Assembly (NCBI GenBank): GCA_043228905.1
Contig: JBHGNT010000003.1
Span: forward strand, 13,020,001-13,084,000
Length of the DNA: 64,000 bases
Source of the DNA: Azolla caroliniana
Taxonomy: Eukaryota > Plantae > Polypodiophyta
Direction of reading: 5' to 3'
Shown here: one piece after another, positions 1 through 12,768 of the stretch
How positions within the stretch are numbered: the stretch's first letter is position 1
Layout of the letters: each line of letters starts with the position of its first letter
Program-made: the position numbers and the translations under genes
Notes under the pieces: generated by a model
Database searches by the model: none
What the model saw: the letters and a program-made list of their open reading frames with translations, nothing else
What the model was told of the DNA's origin: nothing

Positions 1-77
1 ACTGCTTTCCCAACCGTAAAATCTTTTTTCCGTGCATGCCGGTGTCGGTCCACGAATGCTTTGCGCCGCCGCCGTTC

Positions 78-3000
78 CTACTCCAATATGGCCATACTGC
101 GTAATCGTGTTTCGCCTAGCTCCAACATTTGTTGTAGCCGTATTTGCTCTGATTTGCCCTCTAGTAGCCGGGCTCGTACTTGAATCCGCAGACTGGGTAC
201 CTGGAATTCGACTGGCATCACGGCCTCCAGCCCAAATGCTAGCCTGAAAGGTGTTGATTGTATGCTAGTCATATAGCTGGTACGGTATGCCCATAACGCG
301 CTGTGCAATTTGTTATCCCAATCCGTTCTGTTCTCATTGACTATCTTTTTGAGGATAGTTTGTAGGGTTTTGTTCATGGATTTTGCCAAGCCATTTGCTT
401 GTGGGTAATACGGCGTACTTTTTTTGTGAACCACAACGTAATGTTGGGTCAGTTCGCTAATGACCGTATTCAGAAAGTGGCTCCCTTGGTCACTAATGAG
501 CTCAATAGGGTAGCCGAAACAACACCAGATGTGTTCATAAAGGAATTTCGCCATGACTGCCACGGTATTCTTGCGTACTGGTTTCGCTTCTACCCACTTG
601 GTACAGTAATCCGTGGCCACCAGGATATACTTATTGCTTGTTCGAGCTGCCGCCGGGGTAAAGGGTCCCACAAAATCTAGCCCCCACTTTTGGAAAGGAT
701 CCAGTGGCAACACTGGTTGGTGTGGCATTCTCGCGACTTCCGTGGGCTGGCCCAGTTGTTGACATAAATTGCACTGTGTGCAATATTCATACGCATCTTT
801 TTGCGTTGTCGGCCACCAAAGTCTCGCTTGCCAGATTTTCCGGGCCGTAACATTGCCCGCGTAATGTCCTCCCGCCGTACCATAGTGGGCTTCGCATAGA
901 ACCACAACCTTCTCATCTTGCCGTATTCCGCGCCTCCAGATGTCGTCACTGCCTTTGTGGTATAGGATGTCTTCTACTAAAAAAAAAATTCGACTTCGTA
1001 CAACCAGCCGTTTTTTCTTGTCCATCCTTAATTGGGTTGGTGGTAACCCCGTGGTCAGGAAGTAGGTCATTTCCATCAACCATCGATCCGGAAAAGTCTT
1101 CTCTGTTCGTTCTGCTAGAGTTGCTATATGCAAAATGTCTGCATCCAGAAAGTTGTCGTCATCTTTTTGTGTCGTTTCTCCATTATCTAGTCTGCTCAAG
1201 AAATTTGCCACCACGTATTGCGTACCCGGTCGGTGCCGAATTACAAAGTCAAATTCTTGGAGCAACAGCATCCATCTAGCCAATTTTCCCGTCAGTGCCT
1301 GTTTCCCTACCAGATATAGCAATGTCGTATGATCCATGTGAAACATGAATTTCCGCCCTAGCAAATAATGCCGGAATTTATTGATGTTGTATATCATACC
1401 CAATACTTCCCGTTCCATTGTGGAATAGTTGCGCTCAGCCGTTGATAGTTTCTGACTAGCGTAGTACACTGGTTGGTACCAATTCGGCTCCGTGAGCTGC
1501 ATCAGTGCACTACCTATTACTATGTTTGAGGCATCCACGAACATGTGAAATGGCTTCGCCCAAACTGGTGGCTATACGACTGGTGCCTGTGTTAGCATTA
1601 TTTTTAGCGCATCATACACCTTCTCTTCCATTGTTGTCCATTTGAAACGAGTATGGTGAACGGCGGCATGTAATGGCGTGACGAAATCCGCCAAATAGCG
1701 TATCATTTGGTTGTGCCATCGTATTTGTCCCAAAAAACCGATCGAGTGCTTTCGCGTTTGTTAGTGTTTTTGCGTGAGTAATCGCGGAGATTTTGTTCGG
1801 ATCAACCGCTATCCCTTCCTTACTAACTATGTGGCCGAGGAGAGCCCGCTGGTGACGCCGAAGGCGCATTTGGCGGGATTCAGGCTTAAGCGTGCAGTTC
1901 GGCAACACTCCAGGCATAGTTGTAGATGCGTAAAATGGCTGGCTAGTGTCCCATATACTGCAAAATCGTCTAAAAGGACTTGCATGAAGGCCGATATATA
2001 TTCCCCAAAAATCTCCGTGATTGTCTGTTGAAATGTAGCTGGCGCCGTTTTTAACCCGAACATCATGACGACCACGACATAGACTCCCCAGTCCATGACA
2101 AACGCCGTCTTTTCTTGGTCGTCAGGGTGCATGCATACTTGATTGTACCCACTCAAACCATCTAAAAAGCTGTACATGTCATGGCCGGCGACGGCATCCA
2201 GTACGTTGTCGGTGAACGGTAAAGGGAATGCGTCAGTAATGGTGACAATGTTCAATTTTCGGTAGTCCACACATACACGTATTTTGCCATTTTTCTTTGG
2301 TACGACTACTATCGGGCTTAGCCTTGTAGCTTGTTTGACTAGTCGAATGAATCCGGCCTTGAGGAGTTTGTCAATTTCTTCTTTTACGCGAGCCGCGTAG
2401 TTTGGGTTCATACGGTATCAACGCTGCTGCACTAGTTTCGCGTCGGTTGCTAAATTAATCTTATGTTGATAGAACTTTGGATCGAATCCCTTCATGTCCT
2501 CGTGGGATCAAACGAACACATCTTTATACTTCCTAAGTAGTGTTATCATCGCATCCCTCTAATCCGGCAGTAATTCTTTTGCGATGGAGAGGACTCGGGG
2601 TTCTGATTCTGTACCCACATTTACTTCTTCTAGGGCTGAGGCCGTGACTCGTCGTGAAATTTCCATTTCCTTCTCGAACACCGCCCGTGCTCTGCTTAGT
2701 TCTAATATTGACTCTGGGTCTGGTTCATACGCCTCGTCGTGGAGCGTAGTGGGCGTAACGTATTCCGCCGCAGTTTCTATGACGTCGATTTCGAATAGCG
2801 GAATGATCCAGGGGTGCTCGTCTAAGTATACTTCTAATTCCGTATCATCCACCCCAGCCAACATATTTATATCTTCCGGGTTGTGCCGCCATTTCCTTTG
2901 TTGGTACGTGAACCTTGGTGTGTCCGCGTCGAAAGCTAATGCACTTATGTTGCCAACTCTGTTTGATATTTGTTGAACATAGCCTCGGTCTGCCAAGCAG

Positions 3001-4875
3001 CATAGGATACACTCCTGGGGCGTCGAGGGCGAGCACCACGACCGAGACTTCGAAACGATGTCCTCCAATGATAATGCCTAACTTGCGTATTAAGCCTAAA
3101 GGCCGTACTGAGCGGGTATCCGCCATGCGAAGCCAAAACGGGCAAGCTTCCCATTCTGAAATTCCCAATTGTTCGCATGTCTTCGCGCTAATTACATTGA
3201 CGCCAAAGCCGCCGTCGATTACGCATCCTGTGATTTCCTGACCATGTAATATCAACTTAATAGCTGGATTGTGGTGATCCACCATTGATGGTCCGACGCT
3301 GATGTCCGTAAAATTGGCGGAGACGCCTACCCCAGGTCTACCCGTTATGTGATCCTCTACGGCCTGGCGGAACCGTGGGACTAGTTGAAGTAGCTTCTCC
3401 ATGGTCAATGTTATCTCGCAGCCTACCAGTGCTTGCCATAAGGGATCCAGAGATATTACAACTTCCTCCGAAGGCTCCACATTGTTCGCGGACTCCTTCC
3501 ACATGCGTTCCATATTTGCCGCGTTCGCTTTTTCTACCCATGCTTGGGCCGTCTGACGTATCTCATCTTGCATGACCCAATCAACGTTTTTTGTTTGTTG
3601 TCATGTCGTGACTTGCTGGACTTCCTCCATAATCATATTTGACAGCAACCCCTTGCCTTTGTGTAGTGGACATTGTGTGGCATAATGTCATGGCTGTTGG
3701 CAAACAAAATAGTGGACGCTAGATTCGCCTTTCTCGGCCACTGGTGATGCGTGCCGATCCCCGGGTGTGACCTGCTCCTCCCGGTCCTAATTCATTCCTC
3801 TGAGCGTACATGGTGGTTGTTGTTGGTCCCGGCGCGGTTCTTGGTGTCGGTCATCGTCCAAACTTTCGTCGTACCGCCGTTGGTCCCGATACTAACGATG
3901 TTTCCCGCGAGGCGCATTGAAGTCGCCCTGTTTGTTTGTCGAACGGTAATTTTTCATAACATCGGCCTCCTTTATTATATCGGTGGTTGGCTCGGTAGTC
4001 TTCATCCTCCGGCTCTTCTTCCTTAGAATCGTTGTTATTCCGGCAATTCCGGTAGTGCCGGTCATCGTGTGGGTTCCAATCCATATACCGGGGTCGTTCT
4101 TCTTGGCTTCTTTGCTCATTACGGCGAGGGGGGCGTTGTGTTTCCACGCTTCGTACTGTGGGCGTGGATCTGTTCAACATATTGTGCTCACACTGCTCAA
4201 CCGTGTGAGCTTTCGAGTGGCAGATTGGGCAGTGGATTCGCATGTTGCATTCGACTGCGGAATGCCCCGAATTTAAGCAAATTGTGTACTGGATTGCCCG
4301 GCGAAAATGTCATTCCTCATCTTGAGGTAACGCTTGCCATAATGAGGACATGGAAAACCTTTTTCCTCTTCTTCGTCTAGCTCGAGCTGTAGCGCTCGTT
4401 CTATGATCATATCGGCCGTTTCTCCTTTCACTCTATTGTTGTTGAGCGTCATCCGTATCGGTTGTCGTAAAGCTGCCAGAAATGTCTCCCGAGCCTCGTC
4501 CTCCTTTGGGCCCCGTTCTAATTTCCGTGGTAGATTTTGGAAGCGTAAGCTGAAATCTGCTACAGTCTCGGCCGACAACTATTTAATTGTGTAAAAATGC
4601 CCGAGGATTTCGCATTGCGGCACCCTCCGATGACAGAAACGTAGAAAGGCTGATTACAGCTGGTCGAAGGTCGTGATTGCTGGCAGATCCATCTGCGAAT
4701 GACAAAACCCCTCTCTCCCATCCAGGGTTAATCCGAACTCTGTCATTTTGGACTGGTGCGCTACTCCTTCGGAAAGGCTCTACGCCATGTGGTTTGCATT
4801 CCAGACATTTAGGAACAATAGAATGTGGGTTGCGGCGTCGGTTTTGCCGTTGAAGCGGGGATAAGAGAAGGCCAT
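78..4875 (-). pseudogene. pol: gag-pol of Gypsy A0, broken by stops and frameshifts
   Basis: ORFs 78-1544, 1612-1917, 1827-2411, 2559-3068, 2845-3573, 3851-4243 (CPICHSKAHTVEQC zinc knuckle) and 4273-4578 are consecutive pieces of one polyprotein. Confidence 0.9.
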
Positions 4876-5145
4876 GCTGGATGCTACGACGGGCAGGGAA
4901 AGACCATAGTGCTTATGTGGTGAGCGCGCTTCCTGCTTGTCGCCGGGGTATTTGGGGAGCGAGAAATTGTCTTGGTGGTTCCGACAGGTATCATTGAGGT
5001 CACTGAGGCGAGCTTTCTACCGTGCGCGTTCCTCTGCCTGGCGTGTGATGGACCGTGTGATTGGTCAGTCTTGTCGTGTTGGTTCTCTGGGGCGTCTGCG
5101 GCTAAACATCCATTCGTCGTTGTTCGTCTGTGAGGAGACACAGAT

Positions 5146-5637
5146 CACCAAGCATGCCAAAAATGTTACCGATTAGCAACACGGTCTACAGTCAGTCCTT
5201 CGACCTAGACCTCAAAGTGACTGTGTTGCAATGAATGGTACCGCCGTAGCGTAATACTTAATGGGATACCTCCCGTATCCTAGTAGCGTATAAGGGAGAC
5301 GGCTACAACCGAACTCCTTAGACAGTGGACTAGTAACCACACTGTCACTCACGCATACGCGCTTACGATTACGATACGCCAACAAGAATCACAGACACAC
5401 AATAGATTAACCACAGATACGCATAGGGATAAGAGAAGATAGAACTCTATTAATATACGCTTTCTGCATTCAAAATTACACGCTACCTCTATCAGAGGAT
5501 TTCTGCCCTTTATATACACGGGACAGGGTCTTTTAACCGTTCACGCTTCCCGCATGAACCGTTTACATGCGTTACGTTTTTACTATATTCTATATTTCTA
5601 CGCTTCCGTCTGTCGGTTACTATTCTGGCGAACAACA
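5146..5637 (-). repeat. 5' LTR (5164-5637) and putative PBS (5146-5159) of Gypsy A0
   Basis: TGTT...AACA termini and a minus-strand TATATAAA near 5510. The LTR is followed on the minus strand by TTTT-TGGCATGCTTGGTG, a TGG-initiated PBS that may be a degenerate tRNA-Arg type. Confidence 0.8.
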
Positions 5638-6354
5638 GTAGATCTTAAACGTTTTCCAAGCATCCCTTGCTCTAATTTCTCAAAATCATCTTGTTCTACT
5701 ATTCTCCATATAAAACATGTTTTAGCTTTAGTTAGGTTAGCTAAGGGGATGCAATCGCACAAAAATGCTCAATGAACTTACACACATACTACATGAAACC
5801 TACAAATTGTTGAACTTCCATGGTTTTTGTAGGAATTGACCATTTTGTTACCGCGTCAACCTTGGTTCTGTCCAACACAATCCCAACTTGAGTTGGGACT
5901 CACAAAAGGACCTAGTCCTAGACCTTGCTACAAAAGAGGCACTTCCCTGGGTTGGGAAAGCTAGTCCCAACGGCTAGCCCTCAATGGCCACATCTTGGCC
6001 TATATAAGGAGGAACCCCTCCTCATTTTTCATGGTTCTTGATTTTAGATCTCTCTCTCTTTCTCTCTCATTGTAACTTGGCACACTCTAGCCCCCTCATT
6101 ATCCTTTGTTTGTCCCAACTTTGGGACTCTTGTAACCTTGCTTCTCTCTCTTTCTCTCTCTTAATATAAATCTCCTTTTTGTCTCCATTCTTGTCTCCCA
6201 ACTGTGCTTCATTAAGTTTCAAGACCTTGGGCCCATATTTTAGGTCTATATCAAATTTAGTGATCAATGGCCCTTTTAGGAGGTACACCGAAAGGTAACC
6301 TAGTTTCCAAAACATCATTAAATCAAGTTAATAGAGGTTGAAGTGTTGTACTAC
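5638..6354 (+). repeat. LTR-like remnant, boundaries unresolved
   Basis: CCTATATAAGGAGG TATA context at ~6000 followed by CT-rich R/U5-like sequence. No termini or TSD identified. Confidence 0.4.
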
Positions 6355-6359
6355 CTTTA

Positions 6360-6939
6360 TGTTGAGAATTGATCCGGGCACAACCGGTTGCTTATGAGAA
6401 TGCGAGTGCAAAGAATGTGAAAGATAGTGCACAGACATAACAGAAAGCACAGAGACGCAGGTATTTTTAACGTGGAAAACCCAAATGGGAAAAACCACGT
6501 GGAGTCCAAAAACTCCAAAATGAATCACTATAAGGGGAGGAGTACAACAAGAGGATTCAAGGCAACAACCTTGAACTCTTCTTCTTCGACTGATGGCTAC
6601 AAAGTTACACACACTCACTCTCTCTCACCTGTCTAGTTACAAAGGCAACGACCTTCTTAAACTGTACAACTATATGATCAACTAATGATTCACTACCCTC
6701 TCATAAAGTTTTCCCTAGTTGTATTTATACGTATACAACTTTCTGGCTATTTATAGATATAGCCCACATGGGGCCCATTTAGACTATTTACAAATATAGT
6801 CTCCCGAATTCGCTTCGACCGATTCGGCTAGTCGATTTTCGATCCCTTGTCGATTTTTCAGAAATCAATTTTCGGCCAAGGCTGAGTTGACTCCATTCCA
6901 TTCGGCTCATCCCATCTGGAGGGACTTGTTTTCCCAACA
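6360..6939 (-). mobile_element. Solo LTR, same family as the LTR of Copia B
   Basis: TGTTG...CAACA termini and a perfect 5-bp TSD CTTTA (6355-6359 / 6940-6944). Colinear with 7410-7525 + 15179-15682. Confidence 0.93.
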
Positions 6940-7320
6940 CTTTATGTCTTCCCATTATTACCTTTAAGTCTTTCTATTTCTATTCTTTCTTGGTGACGGA
7001 AAATTATAGTACATAAGAATAAATTTCCCCTTTTCAAATTGTTTGGTTAGCCACGTTGGCATCGCATAATAATAGTTGAGTGTGAGACCGTTGATCTGAT
7101 TTTACTTGCTTCATTGTTGGGCGATGAAGATTTACCACAACCTCATTTTGGCCATCCAAATAGTTCAATAATACGTTTCCTACTCTCCTTCCAAAATGTG
7201 CAATAGGACACTTCTTTGTCAATCAAATTCAATATTTGAAATCAAGTAATGTCATTGGAACTAATTGAAAATTTACCTTCCCTTTCCATGCTTCCACTTC
7301 CATAGTGATATTGTTATGTG

Positions 7321-7409
7321 TTAGGCCTCATATTTATATCCAAACCTAAGGCCCCCAAGCAACTTCACACTTGGCCTTAATGGGTTGTCCCAATCCCAAA
7401 GATTAAAAT
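7321..7409 (-). repeat. Fragment of an LTR related to Gypsy G
   Basis: TAGGCCTC-TATTTATA...AAGGCCCCCAAGCAA-TTCACACTTG-CCT-AATGGGTTGT...CAATCCC-A-GATTAAAA matches ~48650-48737 and ~37527-37612. Confidence 0.75.
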
Positions 7410-7924
7410 AGTTGAGAATCGATCCGGCCGCAACTAGTTTCTTCATATGAGAATGCAGGTGCAAAGAATGTGGAAGATAGTGCACAAACAAAACAGAAAA
7501 CCAGTACAGAGACACAGGTATTTTTTGCTACGAAGGCACTACGGCTCTTTTGTGTGCACAATGGATCGTGATGTGCTGGATCGTTTAGTGCTCAACACAG
7601 AAAGGAAGGGGAAGGCGACTTACCTCTTTGTAAAACAAACACTTCTATTCAATTACACGCAGAACTCAACTCGCTCTCGTCTGTTTTCTATTTTCTGTTC
7701 TTACAACTACTCTCACTTACATCTTACTACACTTACTTTTTACCTAAGTATATAAGTCACTTACATATGCAGCTAATTAGCTGTCAGTAGCTAAATAATT
7801 GTTTCACCTTTATGTCCACTAGTAGCTAATTAGCTAATAACTAATATAGCTTATTTCACAATAAGCATCACATACCTTTGTTGAGCTTGCTTCTCAACAC
7901 TCCCCCTCAAGCTCAACTTATCCT

Positions 7925-10900
7925 TTCTTGGGATCATGTTCAATCTTCTTTTCTTCATGCTTTTCAGCTACCATGCCGATGGTTGTAACTCCCATCATGT
8001 CTCTAAACTGTGTAAGAGTATCAACCACTTGCTAATTTGTACTTACATACAACAGATCCACTTCTCCATCAATCACTTTTTCTCTAACAAAGTGATAATG
8101 CACTTCAATGTGCTTTGTTCTTGCATGGAACACTAGGTTTTTTGCAAGCTGAATGTTGCTCATATTGTCACACCAAATTGTGATAGCACCATCTATATAT
8201 TCTCCCAAATCAGTAAGCAATCTTCTGATCCATACCTTTTCACAGGTAGCTATTGTAGCTCCTTTATATTCAGCTTCAGTACTTGATAGTGCAACAATAG
8301 CTTGTTTCTTGCTACTCCATGAAATAGTTGCATTTCCCAATGTAAACATATATCCACTTGTGGATCTTCTGTCAGTTTGGCTTCCAGCCCCAATCAACAT
8401 CTATATATCCTTCCAGCTTTATGTCTAGATCAGCCCTGTAAAACAGTCCATAGTTCTAAGTAGTTTTTACATACCTCAAGATTCTTCTAATGCAGTCCAA
8501 ATGTGGCTTTGTTGGTTGTTGCATAAATTGGCTAACTAATCTAACATCATAACTCAGATCAGGTCTTGTTATAGTCAAATATACGAGGTTGCCCACCATA
8601 TACCTGTACATGTTTACATCTTCTATTTTGGCTCCCAAATCAGCCCTCAATTTGCAGTTCTTATTTAGTGGTACGCCAATCGGTTTGCATCCAAGCATAC
8701 CATACTTCTTCAACATAGTTGTTGCATACTATTTTTGCAACATATATAAATGCCAAGAAAGTATCTCAACTCTACCAAATCCTTCATATGAAATTGCATT
8801 TCAAGATGTTTAATCATAATCAATTCCATGCATCTGGGCATATCCCTTTGCCACAAGTCTTGCTTTATGTCTACTAACATTTCCATTGGAATCATGCTTT
8901 GTCTTGTTGACCCATTTGCAACCTACAACATTTTTTCCTTTCGGTAAGTTTACCAAATGCCATGTTCTGTTTTCAGCCAATGCATCTATTTCTTCTTGCA
9001 TTGCATTCACCCATTTCTTATCAGATTTTGCTTCATCAAAACTATTTGGATCAGGGATTTGTACCACTTTAGACATGTATGCATAATGCATAGCCATATA
9101 TGTATCATAACCAAATCTTTCAACAGTCTTTTTCTCTCTATTTGATCTTCTCAGTTTCTGATTTTCATCTTTCATGGCCTTTTCCATACTAGGGATTTTC
9201 AGGGATCCTATACCAAACTCATCATCCATTGATGTATCTGAATCTACATCTTCCATGTTTCTAGATCCATCATCAAGCATTTCATATTCTGGCATCTTCT
9301 GTTTTCCCTTTTTATCATCATATTTTTTGTGTCTTGCATTTTTTCCACTCCATGCATTAGATTGAGATTTACTACATGAGCTTCCAAATGGTCCAGTACA
9401 TTCTATTGATGTGGAACTTTGTTGTCCAACATTGTTTCCATCTCTATGGCAATCTCTTCCATTTTCAGATTCACCTCTGTCTTCATTTTCATTGTCTTCA
9501 TCAATTTCTACATTTTGTTTTAGGTTGTACCAACTGCCCAACTCATCAAATATTACATCACGGCTTACCAAAATCCTTTTTGTCAAAGGGTTATAGCATC
9601 TATACCCTTTTTGCTCCTCTGAATATCCAACAAGAACACATTTTTCAGCTTTTGGATCAAGCTTACTTCTTACTTCAATAGGTACATGGACATAAGCAAG
9701 GCATCCAAACACTTTTATGTGTCCTAAACTTGGTTTCCTTCCATAGAAACATTCTTCAGGAGTTACTTCATGTACTCCAGATGTTATACATCTATTTAGA
9801 ACAAAGTTTGTTGTGTTTACAGCTTCTACTTAGTAGTACAATGACATATTTTTTTCAGTCATCATGGCTCTTGCTATGTTCACCAGAGTTTTGTTTTTTC
9901 ACTCAGCAACTCCATTTTGTTGTGGAGTATATCTACATGTACATTGTCTCCTTATTCCTTGATTACATAGAAAATCAGAAAATTCATTTCAGAAATATTC
10001 TCCTCCTCCATCAGATCTTAAACATTTTATTCTAGTTCTAGCCTGCTTTTCTACCATGCATTTAAACTTACGAAACAATCAAATGCTTCACTTTTTTCTT
10101 TCATGAAGTAAACCCATGTTTTCCTTGAGAAATCATCAATAAATGTTACATAAAACTTACATCCACTAATTGATGCATTTTTTGTTGGTCCCCATACATC
10201 TGTATGTACCAAATCCAACAAATTTTTGCTTACATGTCTTTCATGAGGGAAAGGCAACCTGTTTTGCTTTCCATATTGACATGCTTCACATATTTTGCTC
10301 ATCTCATAGTCTTTTAACTTAGGTAGTCCACTTTGCTTAAACTTAACTTGCCATCCTTGCTCCATTATCTATCCAACAAAAATCAGATTTTTTGCAAGGT
10401 TTGGAACATGCATCACATTCAACATATACTTTGTTTTTCCTTTTTCTTCCCACAATGGGATATCTCCAACATGCTCGATTGTATGAGTGGTGTTATCATC
10501 TGTTTGTACATAAATGTCCTGTCATATGATTAGATGTCCCAGAATCTACATACCACATAAACTCTTCATTGCATCTCTGTGAACATTCAGCCATTGTTGA
10601 TGGTTTCATGTTGCACCACAAATGCACCATCTTTATCACAGTCTTCACTTGTTGAAGCATAATTATTTTGCTGTCTCTTCCCTCTTTTTTCATCATTTTG
10701 CTTTTTATTGCATTCAGCCTATGTATGGCCTGATTTTCTACAATACCAGTAGTCATCATCATTCAAATAAGTTTGCTTACCTCTGCCTCGATTGATCCCC
10801 TTGCCTCTGATGTTTTTTCTTCCACTTACAACATGTTGTCCTCTTCCTTGATAACTGTTATTGGTTCTAGCTGAACCAAATCTTTCATGACATCTTCCTC

Positions 10901-11560
10901 GGCCTCTTCCAGCACTATTGTAGAGGGCTTGCCCCTCAGTCTCAAAGTTTCCTTTGTTTACATCATCCATCTGATTTCTTTCTTCCACTACAAGCATTGA
11001 AACTAGATCCGGAAAACTTGGGATGCTATCCCTTGTGAGAATAGATGTTTTGAAGCTTTTATATTGAGGTCCTAAACCTCTTAAGCATATTTCCACCTTA
11101 TCATCATCTTCTACCTTCACATTAATAGAAGCAAATGATTCACATATGCTCTTTATTTTCAGAGCATACTCATTCACTGACATCTTACCTTTTTCCAAGG
11201 TATTTAGCTCAGTCTTCAACTAAAGCTTTCTAGCATTTGTGTTCATTGCAAACAGTTTTACCAAACTGTCCCAAGCTTCTTTTGGAAGCATAGCATCCTG
11301 TATGTGTCCATCGAATCTAAGATGCTAAGTGAGAGCTAATGCAATACTTTCCTTGCCCCTTGATTCCATTCCTTAAATGCTTTAATCTGTGCAGTAGTTG
11401 CATTTTACTCAGGGATCTCTGGAGCCTCTTCTAGGTCTCCTTCAATGTAGTCCCAGTATCCTTTTCCTATCAGGAAATTTGTTATTCTAAATTTCCACGT
11501 AGGGAAATTGTTTTTATCTACCTTTTCTTTTACTATTTGTCTTCCATTCTCAGCAGCCAT
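7925..11560 (-). pseudogene. pol: gag-pol of Copia A (decayed, internal RT deletion)
   Basis: gag 10719-11560, protease WYVDSGTSNHMT, integrase CEACQYGKQ/LVHTDVWGP, RT start LVAKGYAQ, RNase H SWSSKKQ...[16 protein letters not shown]. Confidence 0.92.
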
Positions 11561-11944
11561 TCCTCTTTCAATTAGGGCTTTTACTACGATTAACTTCACA
11601 TACAACTTTCTGATTCAGATCAACAACCAGAAACAAACTTCTCAGATCTGTATTGTTCCTCTTTATGAGCAACTTTGCTCTGATACCATGTTACAAAGGC
11701 ACTACGGCTCTTCTGTGTGCACAATGGATCGTGATGTGCTGGATCGTTTAGTGTTCAAGACAGAAAGGAAGGGGAAGGAAACTTACCTCTGTGTAAAACA
11801 AACGCTTCTATTCCATTACATGGAGAGCTCAACTCGCTCTCATCTGTTTTCAGATTTTTGCTCATACAACTTACTACACTTACTTTTTACCTAAGTATAT
11901 AAATCACTTACATATGTAGCTAATTAGCTGTCAGTAGCTAAATA

Positions 11945-12079
11945 AAAGAAATTGGTTTTGTAAGAAAGGGATTTTCGCCGAAAAGTTCAAAAGAGGGAGG
12001 TCCTGTTACTATTAGAATTCGCAACATAATCCCAATGCTACATAATGGATGCTAACCCCCTAAAAAACGTCGTGTCTAA
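11945..12079 (+). pseudogene. rps11: Mitochondrial ribosomal protein S11, 3' fragment
   Basis: Translates KEIGFVRK...GGPVTIRIRNIIPMLHNGC*PPKKRRV*, matching the universal S11 C-terminus (RDVTPxPHNGCRPPKKRRV). Confidence 0.88.
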
Positions 12080-12768
12080 ATACCACCATAGAGCTATTTG
12101 TCTCTACTCACCAACATCAGAAGGTTTGGATTGGTCCTACAGCCCAGCAAGTCATGGAAGGCTTGGCTTGAGCAAGGCGAAGGAATAAACCCGAATAGAG
12201 CATTGAAGCGGGGAGATGGAATGGAAAAAGTTGACTCAAATTAGAATAATTGCCATTTAGTTAATACCTTACTCGTCTATTCGTTCATCCAATTTCTCCA
12301 TATGACAAATATCCTCTCTTTTTTGCCAATCAATCGAAAGAGTTGGCTCCGAGAAAGGTAGTTGCACTGCGGGGCTCACTCTGGACCAGAATTTGATCTT
12401 ATGATTTAGAGCTATGTGGATGCCCTCCCTCCGTGTAGTCCCTCACCTTTCAATTGTATATATCTATTTCTCTCCGTCTTTGCATAGATATGGATGCACG
12501 GCTTTAGCGCTTCATTCACCCAGTCTATTCTGTCAAAACTTACTTTCTTTATAATACAAAACAACACTAGGGGAAGGTTCGATCCCTCCCCTTTATATCA
12601 ATGACATGGTTCACCTCACCATGAGGTTACTTCCCTTTCCCATCTCTTTCTTGCTAGGAACTGCCATGAATGCAGGAGACTGCCCTGGTATAAAGTGCCG
12701 AGGAAAGGGATTCGACGGAAGAGAAAGGGAACGAGATTGTTTAAAGCTAGAGAACAAAATAACCATAT

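Larger units (their letters stand above)
1..5637 (-). mobile_element. Ty3/Gypsy LTR retrotransposon 'A0' (non-chromovirus-like), decayed; 3' end lies outside the window
   Basis: Minus-strand domain order gag-PR-RT-RH-INT. Protease VIDGGFGVNVI (ORF 2845-3573), RT FLDGLSGYNQ...LLDD (1827-2411), RNase H plus integrase with H-H-C-C finger and WGLDFVGPF/ISDQGSHF (78-1544). 5' LTR at 5164-5637. Confidence 0.93.

Noticed and set aside
12569-12593. GGGGAAGGTTCGATCCCTCCCC hairpin in the NUMT spacer, resembling a tRNA T-arm
   Set aside because: No D-arm, anticodon arm or A-box is recognisable upstream, so a tRNA cannot be supported.
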